From: Asterias rubens
Taxonomy: Eukaryota
Assembly (NCBI RefSeq): GCF_902459465.1
Contig: NC_047066.1
Location: 6,633,047-6,697,046 of the forward strand
Length of the DNA: 64,000 nt
Reading direction: 5' to 3'
Shown here: positions 37,869-58,700 of the stretch, piece by piece
Numbering within the stretch: position 1 is the first letter of the stretch
How the letters are laid out: the number at the start of each line of letters is the position of its first letter
Program-made: the position numbers and the translations under genes
Notes under the pieces: generated by a model
The model's database searches: none
What the model was told of the DNA's origin: nothing
The model's input: the letters and a program-made list of their open reading frames with translations, nothing else

Positions 37869-39487
37869 GTAGAATGAACCAACTAAACACAGAACACTGA
37901 ACAGTGATCTAATGCAAAATGTCATTGCTAGCACAAAGTGAGTTCACAATTACAGCTTGGGTTGGGATGTGCAAAATGTGCAGCGTCTTAAGGTGCCCAA
38001 CAAACAACCAAGTTCAGCAACAAGGAGGTCCTTTCTAGAAAAATGTCAGTTACACCTATAGGCTATACTACTCCTAGAACTACGGGAGACCATAGCCGGA
38101 CGAAACCGAAATAGTTCTAGGAGTAAGATACACCCTGCCACTGTTTGTTCATTCGTCATCGTTGACGTTTCCTATGATGAAACAAATTACTACAGTACTA
38201 TCATCAACTCAAATGAGATTCCTTTTAGTAAAAAATAGTGAAACTGTGGTGGCTGGATACTAACAGTTTTCTCCTAAGTAAATAATAGCATTTCTTCAGT
38301 CAATACTATGGAAAACTTTGCACGCACCTCCATTGGCATTAGGCCATGCATATAGTTTTATGGTTTTATAGAGCAAGTTTGCATCGTTTACTGTTTGTTC
38401 TATTTTTTTCAATAGTTCAACACAAACTCAACTGAACGCTGAATATTGTGGGACCAATATTTTGGCAGATCAGGTTCAAAACATCACAAATGTAGTCATG
38501 GCAAGTATATCTTCCCATTCATAATTTCAGTCATATCATTCACAAAACAAAAATACATGACGGATTCAAAGAAACTCACCTTTATCGAAACTCTCGACGA
38601 CAAGACTGTGAAAATATGCGAGGCGGAAGCCTGAATTTATCCATGCATATATATTGATATATCCCTTTTTATAAAAATGAGTGAAAAAGTGGTGGCGCCA
38701 TACGGAAAGTTATCCGTAGAATGAACCAACTAAACACAGAACACTGAACAGTGATCTAATGCAAAATGTCATTGCTAGCACAAAGTGAGTTCACAATTAC
38801 AGCTTGGGTTGGGATGTGCAAAATGTGCAGCGTCTTAAGGTGCCCAACAAACAACCAAGTTCAGCAACAAGGAGGTCCTTTCTAGAAAAATGTCAGTTAC
38901 ACCTATAGGCTATACTACTCCTAGAACTACGGGAGACCATAGCCGGACGAAACCGAAATAGTTCTAGGAGTAAGATACACCCTGCCACTGTTTGTTCATT
39001 CGTCATCGTTGACGTTTCCTATGATGAAACAAATTACTACAGTACTATCATCAACTCAAATGAGATTCCTTTTAGTAAAAAATAGTGAAACTGTGGTGGC
39101 TGGATACTAACAGTTTTCTCCTAAGTAAATAATAGCATTTCTTCAGTCAATACTATGGAAAACTTTGCACGCACCTCCATTGGCATTAGGCCATGCATAT
39201 AGTTTTATGGTTTTATAGAGCAAGTTTGCATCGTTTACTGTTTGTTCTATTTTTTTCAATAGTTCAACACAAACTCAACTGAACGCTGAATATTGTGGGA
39301 CCAATATTTTGGCAGATCAGGTTCAAAACATCACAAATGTAGTCATGGCAAGTATATCTTCCCATTCATAATTTCAGTCATATCATTCACAAAACAAAAA
39401 TACATGACGGATTCAAAGAAACTCACCTTTATCGAAACTCTCGACGACAAGACTGTGAAAATATGCGAGGCGGAAGCCTGAATTTAT
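37795..39487. repeat. Exact tandem duplication, 2 copies of about 847 bp
   Basis: ORFs 38446..38634 and 39293..39481 are identical and offset by 847 bp. By eye the flanking sequence is identical across the unit. Each unit begins inside a family E MITE arm. Confidence 0.9.
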
Positions 39488-41047
39488 CCATGCAGTTATT
39501 ACCAGGTACTTGTGCAATGGCAACAGACTGACCAATCAAGAGGCCGCACATGCTGGACACGCCCACATGAATCTATAACTGTCGATTACATCATAGTTTT
39601 GCTTCAACACGCCGCGCGGCGCCTGCATTGAAAAGAAACTAAAAGACGTCATCAAAATTCACGTTTGTTTGACAATCGATTCATGATATTGATAGACGCT
39701 TGGGTTTTTGTTTGATTGCCGACGTTGCAAGAAAAGTGTTAAAACTCGTTGATAATTCATCTTGCACTGTTAAAAAGAAAAGAATACAAACAAGAAAGCA
39801 AAATCCGACCGGGCCACTCAGGCGAGTGCGCGCTGTCAATTTGCTAGAAAAAAATAGTTATCAACAAAATTAGCAAGGTTGTCGAACCTCCTAACTATCC
39901 ACAAAACCTGAAAACCACATCATCGCAGGGCGATTACTTGCACAAATAAAAGCTGACTAGACCTAGTGTTTGTTAATTCCACACCCTTTATTTTGTATCT
40001 AGCCCTGGCCCTTTGAAGCAATTTTTCTAGAAAACAAATCCAAATACACAGGCCGCAAACGTACATCTGATGCAACCATCTGTAATAATACTGTAGACGG
40101 ATCGTGAGTCACAGCACGCCAGTTCGCGAGGTTCATTACCTGGTATAATACGAAAACGGAGTGAATATGCTGACCAAATTATCTGGGGTCCATTCACTCA
40201 GTGACTAGGTGTAAGTGGATGACCTCAGCAAACAAAAACAAAGTAATTTTACCGTCTTGGAAAAGTGAATGAGTTACACACGAGCAACTCGCCAAAACAT
40301 AAATGTCTACTTTAAAATATGTTTGTTTGTATAGATAATTATTTAAACCACAAGAGTTAGATTTGTTGACTTATGTATTCTTTATTTGGGGTTGGGTGGT
40401 TACTTGCAGATGGAGTGCTACATTTTTGTTTAAATCTAAAAAGCCACGAGAGGGCGCTATCAAACTGATGTGACACCAAAAACAGCCGCAGTTTACAGCA
40501 CAGTGTGATGGATGGCTATTCGTTTTTATTGATGATGCAGATCATTTTTAGGAAATGTTAATATTACGTTAGTACTACTTCACCTCCTGTGCATCAGCTT
40601 ATAGACCATGAAGGTGATGCAATGGGGGGGGGGCAGATGAGCAACAAAATAGATAATGGACACTTGAAACAATTGCCTTCAAACCACGTTTACCGGTAGT
40701 GAATGCGAAATGTGTCATAATTTGTCAAACATTACAAATTCCATTATGTTCAGGAACAATTACATTTTTCCTTCAATCTTCAATACATCTTACAAACTTT
40801 ATGTGGTAAATATCAGCATTTATAATTATATGATGGTGTCTTTAGAAATAACCGACGATGTTAAAGGCAGAGGACACCACACAACTTCGTGTGACAAGGG
40901 TAATTTTTCTTCCATAGTTATCTCGCAACTCCGATGACCAACCGAGCTAAAATTTTCACAGGTTTACACCAAGTGAGAAGACTGGATTTTGACAATTACC
41001 AATCGTGTCCAGTGTCTTTAAAATCCTTCAGAGGCTATCATGTAGGC

Positions 41048-41670
41048 CTATACACAAGGATTTTCGGGACAGAGTTCCTCTCCGCCGAACTCCAGAGCAG
41101 CGCCTTCGAATATCTGTGTACTCAAAAGACGGTAGCCAAACAGCCTACGCTCATACACGGCGATGTCAACCGATGCCGCAAAGCTTTCAACCAGTACATT
41201 CTCGAAGCCCCGCTCGGTGGGCCCTCTCAGACACTTCTGAAGGGTCGAAGGAGGCGCCCTAGCCCGTATGACCAACTTGTGCCGGAACGAAACCACTTCG
41301 ATGGACACCTCGCCGGAGCAGCCATCCGAGGTCACCCGGGCCATTGAATTGACGGGGTGGAAGTTCAACTCCAGTTCGGTGTTGAAGTCCCTGACACCGA
41401 AGAGGTGAGCTGGTACCGATAGAGGACCGAACCCAAGCACCCCAAATGTCCCTGCGAAGGCCGTCGATGAGGTTGAGTTGACACCCTGCATCCAGATCCA
41501 TGAAGCAGGGAAGCCGTTTCCCCAGTTTTTCTCCTGGTGCATTGTACCGTCGCCTTGGATGCGGAGGCCCGTCTTGTCATTCTCCCAAGTAAAGTCGCCA
41601 GGTGTTGCTAGGCTATAGACGAACCAATGGAGAGGGATGAACGGTACGTTGCCAAGCCAATCTTCTGGTC
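41048..41670 (-). CDS. Tocopherol-cyclase-like exon 2 (C-terminal half, stop at 41048)
   Basis: Continuous ORF from the acceptor to the stop. Contains the KNWG..FP..W.W signature. Confidence 0.75.
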
Positions 41671-42631
41671 CTGTTGATGGAGAAAACCATAAGAAAAATT
41701 GAAAGAAAAGTGAGGTGTTATTCTAAAGAGAAGACCATCTAATTTTGGATTACACTTTGTCTCATGTCACGGCAACCTTATTGTATTTTCGTAATCCAAA
41801 CCATCACCGGGGGGAGGGAGGGGTCGGCACAAAGGGCTATCGAAACAAAACATGGGCTGGAGGTGATGATTAAAAAGGCGCTATCAAACAAAGTTTTAAC
41901 ATAGTTCGCCATAATGGGGCCACAGAATCTCCAGGGGGACCGAAATATTAAAGAGCATTCAACATTTTGTGAATTACTCAGTGAGCCGTGGCTGTCTCTT
42001 CTGTTTTTAAAACTACTTTGACCCAAGTGTTTCATAAAAAGTGGTGCAAGTATAAACGTTGATTTAGAGAAAGCACTTTGGAAAAAAAAACAGAGAACAC
42101 AAAATCAGTCTCACCTTTACCGTGAGGTCCCCACGGAGATGGAGGCCCGAAGTTTCCCGAGAAGCGATCGTCTCCGATCGTAAAGTCGAACGTTGTTGAA
42201 TCTGGCGTCACATTGAAGAATCCGAACGGCTTAGCTACCCATTCGAAATGTGACGGACTCCAGTTGTCTGGATTTCCCGTCACCGGTCTTCCGCCGGATA
42301 CAGTCACCGAGATGGTGTCCTCGTCTGGGTAGGCCTCGGCCACGACAAACGGTGCCGAATTGCCGTCACTTCGGATGATGGAGATATACGTCAGTGGAGG
42401 AGATGTGCTGTTGTTCCCTTCTTCCAATGGTTTTGGTAAGACCCGACCGAAGAGAACGCCGAAGGAGCGTGGGGAGGATGAGTCCGTTATACGGGCATAC
42501 CAACCTTCGATGAACGGCCCTTGTTCGGGATAAACGTGGGGGTCATTATTATTTGCAGCCACTCCCGTTATTGCGGCAACTAGCAGAGCAAAAACGAGGG
42601 TCATTATGGACCGCCAAACCAATGCAGCCAT
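41048..42631 (-). CDS. Tocopherol-cyclase-like protein (Pfam Tocopherol_cycl-type) with N-terminal signal peptide/anchor. Two exons: 42115-42631 and 41048-41670. 379 aa.
   Basis: Exon A equals minus ORF 42032..42631 up to the donor g|gtgaga (MAALVWRSIMTLVFALLVAAITGVAANNNDPHVYPEQGPFIEGWYARITD...). Exon B starts at acceptor caacag|GA at 41670 and contains minus ORF 41048..41542. The motifs EGWY[AF], VPFIPLHWF and HQEKNWGNGFPASWIWMQ parallel plant VTE1 (FEGWYF... SEKNWGGGFPRKWFWVQ). Confidence 0.75.
42115..42631 (-). CDS. Tocopherol-cyclase-like exon 1 (signal peptide plus N-terminal half)
   Basis: ATG at 42629-42631. Hydrophobic h-region is LVFALLVAAITGVAA. Donor is phase 1. Confidence 0.75.
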
Positions 42632-44257
42632 CTTGTTGCAAGGGCTGCTATGACATAGAGTTAAAATCGTTTAATCAGAACCTGATGCATAAATGGCTTG
42701 AATTGTCCTCGGGGATATAGACTATTATGCGGTGATGAAAAAGTTAAACCGTTGTGTCAACAGTGTCTGGTTTGAGTTAGATAACACTGCCCTTTGCTTT
42801 TTTGGATAACATGTTAAATAAGCACCACGTGATTGTTAAAGCTTGGAGGAAAGGTCATTGTTTTCACTAATATCTGTGTTCGGGGAAAAAAATGCATTTT
42901 TAGTTGCATTTTAAAACTCAATCCGATCTACCCAAACTCATCAAAAGTTGTAAACTTATGTTTTTATGCTGAGAGATAAAGACACCAGAACAATCACTCA
43001 AACAATTAAAACAAACACCCCTAATAAACAATACAAAAACTACCCTAATTAAAAATTAGGCCAAGTTCACGTGACCCTATAATAGAATATTATTTTTATG
43101 CACATTATACCGGCCTCCTGGCCAACACGGTCACAGAATGACACGAAAAGCAACTTCTATAGACGTGTAGTCGTAGCCAAACCCAATGACTACACGTCTA
43201 TAGCTAGATCTTCCATCATAACTTTTGGCCCAAACATTAAAAAATATATTTTTTTGAGTGAATTGTATTTCAAAGAGTATCACCCGCTCTAACGAAAAAA
43301 AGTTTAACTTTACTTTTAATGGTCAGGAACCATGACAAAAATTTAAAACGTTTCTTATAAATCAAACAAGAATTGGTCACGTGATATATTGTCGGGATCC
43401 CGACAAAAAGTAATTGTTAGCACTTTATTTCACTACTACTAATAGTCTGCGGACTTTTTCGAGCAATGAAAGCTTGTAACTTTCTCGACCCCAATCAACA
43501 TACCTATTGAATTTTAATTCAAAGTTTTTGGGTCAAATCGGCCAAAAATCTGACATAGCATCTTTGCCACATTCATAATATCATTTTTGATACGGCCCTT
43601 GACTATTTACGAGGTTATGTTGCACATAATCAGTGACATGTTTTTGTGCACTCCTCGTCCAGCTTTTCTCTAAAAAAGGTTGCAAACATAATTATCACTT
43701 ACCTCACAATATTTTGGGACTAAACTTTTCGCAGACACACATTCCAAAGCTAATACAAATTTGTACGTAACACGTCTGGTTTCAACTTAAAGCATATAGA
43801 GTGTATGAATGCAACAAAGAAAGATAAAGGAAATCCGCTACTCCACAACTTGCCGAAATGTTCTACTGGATTTTTACTTGTAATGTTGTATCACTGTTTT
43901 GTGACCCTTTCAGATACAGCTGTTGGTCATTAATTGTAAGCAATTATACTGAAAAGAACAAAATGCGTCGGCCACACCCTTTTTAAAATAATGCACAACT
44001 TTCCCCTACTCGGGAAATAGAACAGCGAAGTCCCTAGTCCGTGACCGCTCTCAAGAATGGCGGCACATTCTTGTTGCAACAAATGGCTTTTTTGAATATC
44101 TCAAATTCCCGCGACAAGAAACAACAAAGGTAGACAAAAAACCACGATAGTTTACATTGTGCAGAACGAAACAAAACAAGAGTTTACTACAACATTCGAC
44201 CACTGCCAACGTTGCTTTATACACCGTTAAATCGTCTGGGCTTACGGCGGTGGGAAC
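42632..44257. promoter_or_regulatory. Head-to-head intergenic region between the tocopherol-cyclase-like gene (-) and the mosaic protease gene (+). Candidate bidirectional promoter.
   Basis: The two start codons are divergent and 1.6 kb apart. The interval is AT-rich. Confidence 0.3.
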
Positions 44258-53362
<9,105 letters not shown>

Positions 53363-53369
53363 CCCTTTT

Positions 53370-54060
53370 GAGAGCATTGTCCAATTTCGTAGCGCTGCTT
53401 TAATTAGCGGCTGATGTTTTGCTTACTGTGCGATTTCTATTTCATAGTGCTGCTGACCATAAGCACACGAAAAGGCATGCTAACCTTCCGGTGCTTACCG
53501 CACGAAATGAAATGACGTCACAATGCAAATCCACTCTAAATCGGTAAACATGCAATATGGCCGCCCAATTTTTCTGCCAACCTGTGAAATACGCCAAGGC
53601 TTAAGCAAATTTTTCTGCTACAGTAAGCACGCACATTTGCTTACCGTTAAACAGCACTATGAAATTGGGCCTCATAACGCTGTTGAGCAGAAAATAATAC
53701 TGCTTGACAAATTTCTTTACTAAGCAAAAATTGATTGGGCACCAGCCAGAACAATGCAAACTTAAAGTAATTTTTGCTGCTAACCTGATTGTGTTTAGCG
53801 AACTGTTGTGCTTACAAGTTTTATGACAGTAAGCAAACTGCTTCCTTTAACAGAAGGTTTAAATGTATTTCACAGCTTACACATTCACCATGGATTTGCA
53901 TTGTGACGTCATTCTTTTTCCTGCAGTAAGCATTGGAAGGTTAGCACACCTTTTTGTGTGCTTACAGTTGGCAGCGCTATGAAATTGAAAACGTACAGTA
54001 AGCACAAAATCGACCATTAAGCAGCTCAATGAAATTGGGCCCTGCTTCTATTCAACCAAA
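53370..54060. mobile_element. Cluster of family B MITE copies or fragments in both orientations, downstream of the protease gene
   Basis: The motifs catgaaattgggcc / tgcttaccg / cagtaagcac recur repeatedly. Confidence 0.55.
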
Positions 54061-55640
54061 AAGTAACCAGAGTAAAGATCATGACCCGAGTTGAAATATT
54101 CCAATGTTATGTTAAGTATAACAGTATTTATGTTTCTAAAACAAAATCAAATTTCTGTTTTATATAATTTTTTTCAGACACTATTACAAGAAAATACTGT
54201 TTCAAAGCTGGACTTTTTTTATAAAGGAAAGGGCTGTCACAGTACTTCCAAGAAATCACTGGCAATAAAAATCTATTCAAAGTAAAACAAGTTTGTTGTT
54301 TATTATTTCTGCCATGTTGTATCCATTAAAAGAAATCATAAATAGTCTAACAATCACTAGTAAGTACAATGAAAGATCACGAAAAACAAATAATATTTTT
54401 AATTTTAGATTAAAAAGATTATACCGATCTGTCTAGAAGTAAAGTGAATAACTTTATCTGTAATTATTGCATACACTTTTGAATCTTAATATCCCAATTT
54501 GTAATCAGATATTAGAAAAAGAGCAAACTCGTTTTTGTTTAACTGCAGTTTTCAAAACTATGCATAAATATCTTTGAAAATATCTATCTCTTGAAGATTC
54601 CACATCATAAATTACACCTTACAAACAATTAGAAGCAAGTTTTTACGCGAGCATAAATTAGGTAAATTTTCATACGCTATCTATAATGCGGCTTATTATT
54701 ATTCACATCACACAAACATTTTTAAGATGCTAAATTTCATAAGATATAAAACTACCCTTATTTTGACTGGTGGGCGATTCAGAGGTAAGAACGTCAATAA
54801 AATGTCAATGGGTGGCCACCTACCGCTGAATGATGTAAACTTTTGCCCCCAAAACCTTAGTTAGAAAATGTACCTGAGCTGAGCCAAACCAATCATTGAA
54901 GTTTTGAAAGAAAATTTGTAAAGGCCAGTTTTTACTTCCTGCGAATGGGAGGCGAGTTTTGACTAACAATTCCATAGAGTTGTGCAAAAACAGAGCTGTT
55001 ATGTCAAATTCACTTCGCAAGAAGCATTTACAGGAAGTTTGAACTGAGATTTACTCTGCTGTTGGCTTTTGTGTTATTCACTTGTTCCTACAGTATTTCT
55101 GCTTTTGTAGTGGCCTCTTCAAACATAAAATCCAAGACCAGAAAGCCCACAGTCCCAGGCAGTAAATTTAGTAGAAATTTGTCAGTAAACTCAAATAAAA
55201 AGACCCCACACAATAAGAGGGATAAGCTGCAATGTGAAACACAAAACACCATCAAAGAAAATTTCAATCAAATTTATAACGCCAGAATATAATGAAATGA
55301 TTTCAAGAAACAATTTTTTACTGTGTTCTCAGTTGAGAAAATGGTGACGGCTTTTCAAGTCTAAGAATTCAACACCACCGACCAAACCCTTTTATGGCAA
55401 ATTAAAGTTGTTTAAAACGCCAGAAAAAAATCAATTTGGCTTTATTTTGACATTATATCCTAGTATGGCAGTCATTTGTAGAATGAAGAACCCATTTGTG
55501 TTTGTCAGTTTTCATTATACTACATTCCAATCGTACTTACTATCCGGATATGTTTATCTGTAGAGTGCCCTCGTGTAGAGCGCCCTCAAGGATACGGTTG
55601 ATTTAATATAATTAGCGCTATGGTATTGGACTGACGCTTT

Positions 55641-55769
55641 CTAGTTGCCCTTCACAAACTCTTCACCTTTAGCGATGTTCCCCTTGAGTTCGCCCATGGC
55701 TTCAGTAAGAAGTTTTTGTTCATAATCTGACAGCTTGCCGAAGCCCAAATTCTTCTCAAGACCATTTTT
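55641..55769 (-). CDS. MDH2: MDH2 terminal exon ([42 protein letters not shown])
   Basis: Acceptor is ttctag. Stop is TAG at 55641-55643. Confidence 0.8.
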   Translation of the reverse strand, partial: KNGLEKNLGFGKLSDYEQKLLTEAMGELKGNIAKGEEFVKGN

Positions 55770-58700
55770 CTAGGAAAAAAAAGAAACAAGAAAAACGTTT
55801 TCAACCATTGACCCAATTTCAGAGACCTCTAACTCTGCAAAATCAAAATGCAGGTTTTTGTTCAAGGCGCACATTGCCTTCAAATCTCTCAACATTTTGC
55901 CGTTTGGAATTACTCCTCATCCCTTTTAAGAGTTGTTTAAACACTAAAACACATACAATGTGTTGTTATTATGAGAAGTGATAAAAAAAACATGCATTTG
56001 AGCCTAGAAATACAACCAGCAGAATAAACGGTCTGCCATTTTGTGGAGAAAAAAATTTATTTCGTAAATATTAAGAAGACGTTTCTGCTTGTAGAACTTA
56101 AGTTTGTTTTCAATGGAGCAAGTTATTTTTTTGGGTGAGACAAAATTAACCTGTCAACCAAATTTTCAAAAATAACAATCGCAAATAGTTCTTACCCCAA
56201 GCAAGATTGGATTGGCGAAGTATGAAGCCTCTGTGATGTCAGACTTGACGTATGCACACTCCACGACGCCTGCTTTGCCGTTCAGAGCTTCCAAAACCTA
56301 GGATTTATCACAAGGGGAGATTATTACAAACTGAAAACAGCTACATCTACCAGAAGTTGTAACACAAACAAATAATATATTACTGGATGTTTGCATGAAA
56401 TGGTCAAGGAGCAATCACTCCAACAAATTCTTGTGTTGAAATGCAAAACTTAAGCCCTGTTGTGCAGCTTGGAAAGTCAAAATACAGATTTCAAATAAAG
56501 AGGCGTTTGTTTTTTTACTAAGATGAGAGAGTATTCTTCTACAGAAACAAAGTATCAGGCTCATAAATCCATATACATGTAGATCCTTAATCTTATTCAA
56601 TCATTACTCGGTAAAGTCTTGCGTCGGATTGAATCTATTTCTGTTCCTGTGCCAATATTAAAATAAAACATAACTCACCGAGGAAGCAAATCTTGCAGCA
56701 GCAAAAGCCATAGACAATGTTGCAGATCCCTGGCGAAGAGAAAAAAAAGAAGATTATTATTGCAGATGAATACTGTTGGATCTGGATCATTGCTTTAATA
56801 GTGTCTTAGATTAGTAAAATCTATGAAAATTAATGACCATACAAACTGAGCTGTTGATAGTATAAACAAATTTAAGATAAAATTTCCTTCGAAATAATAA
56901 TATAGTATGGATAATTTTTCAAACCAAAACAATTGTATTATAAGAAAATGATTTATGCATGAATCCTTTCATTGAATCACTCTTTTCACAAGGTGACATG
57001 GTATATTTTGTTTCGTCTTGTACCTAACAATCATGTTCACTGATTGCAATCAAACAGGGAGGGCCGCACTATCCAGCCTCAGTTTGCTTGCATTGAGAGA
57101 AAGAATTTGTATTTTTTGTTTACTTACAGCGCCTGCCTTGGCATTAACAACCTCGGTTCCTGCATTCTGGATACGATCAGATAACTTCTCCAACTCTTCA
57201 TCGGAGAACGAAACAGGGGGCTGTGCCTAACAAATAAATTATTGACATAAATATTGAGGAATTATTTGTAAAAGAATAAGATGTTGCATATGTCCTATGT
57301 CTTTATTTGTTTACTAACTTTACTTCAAACTTAATTTCGTTTTACTTCATTAATTATTTCACAAGATAACACTGGCATACAAATAACTACAAATATATAA
57401 TATATTACATTTAAATTTACTAAAATTGCTAAGTAGTAATAAGCAAAAAAGCAATTACAGAAAGAAAAAAAACACACACAAAGAAAGGACACAGTGAAGA
57501 CAGGGCCTCCTGAAGTATCGGAAATTAACATCAATTATTAAAATCTGGGCCTAATTTCATGGCTCTGCTTACCATCAGCAAAGTATCAACGCTTACAGAA
57601 GTAGGGAAATCCCTGCTTATGTCAGTTTATTTCACAGGTAAGCAGGGAATGTTTGCTCATGCTTTCTTCATATTTCTATGCATTCTTTGTTAACACACTT
57701 AGTGCAGAAATTTGCCCTTGCCTCGTTAACAAGAAAATTTAGACAGCAAGAGCAGAATTTTTGTGGTAAGCAGAGCCATGAAATTGGACCCTGGTTGTTC
57801 TCTTTATCCTTACTGCAAACTGGCAAATTTCACAAAACAACCACAAATGATTGCAAAGAGAAGCGCGGTCGGAGAAAAGAAATTATGAACAAGATTTTCC
57901 AAATCATACTTTCAATATTAAAAACCATGAGAAAATTATCAAAGTACCCTCACATTATTTATGAAAAATTTCCTAATGTACCTGTGACAAATATTTGCAA
58001 ATGATCGCAAAGAAACACAGTCAGAAAGGACAACATTTTCCAAATCAAACTTTCAATTTTAAAACCACAAGATAATTATCAAAGTGCTGCCACAGTATTT
58101 AAGAACAGTGCCAAAAGTACCTGTGAGAGAAGAGGGATGATAGTGATTCCAGAGTGACCTCCGATGACCGGCACAGAGGTAGTAGCAACATCAAGCCCCT
58201 TCAACTCAGCGACAAACGTGTTTGATCTCACAATGTCCAAGGTGGTCACACCAAAAATGCGGGCGGGATCGTACACTCCGGCTTTCTTGTAGACCTCGGA
58301 GCAGATGGGTACAGTTGAGTTTACCTGATGTGACACAATAAAATAAAATAAATGTTTTCTTAAAATTCCTCAAGACTTTAAAGAATTATCAAGCAGTGTA
58401 GACTACTGAGACTGGAGTTGGTTTTTAACGATCAACTTGAACGAAATCACTCAAACTAATTTGACTTTTTACCCTTACGTTTCTTTTGTGTGTAGGTATT
58501 GTTTGATTAGTTTGAAGTTAGATATGGAATGCAGGGATGGATTTCAAAAGGAGTTAAGACTAGTCTTATCTCGACTTAGGACGAGTAACTCGTCCTAAAC
58601 TCGTCCTAACTTAGGACTAGCCATACATTTTTAACTAAGACTAGTCCTAAGTTAGGACTAGTCTTAACTCTTTGAGAAATCGACCCCAGAAGTGTTATCT

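Noticed and set aside
38446-38634. Duplicated 62-aa ORF (also at 39293..39481)
   Set aside because: It is conserved only because it lies in an exact tandem duplication. It has no recognisable domain, so it is not called as a gene.
40934-41347. Plus-strand ORFs 40934..41347 and 41005..41262
   Set aside because: They overlap the tocopherol-cyclase-like exon 2 in antisense and begin inside a MITE fragment. They have no coding features.
42032-42114. 3' tail of minus ORF 42032..42631 (..ETDFVFSVFFSKVLSLNQRLYLHHFL)
   Set aside because: This is intron read-through. The GT donor at 42113 and the conserved continuation in exon 2 show the ORF is spliced.
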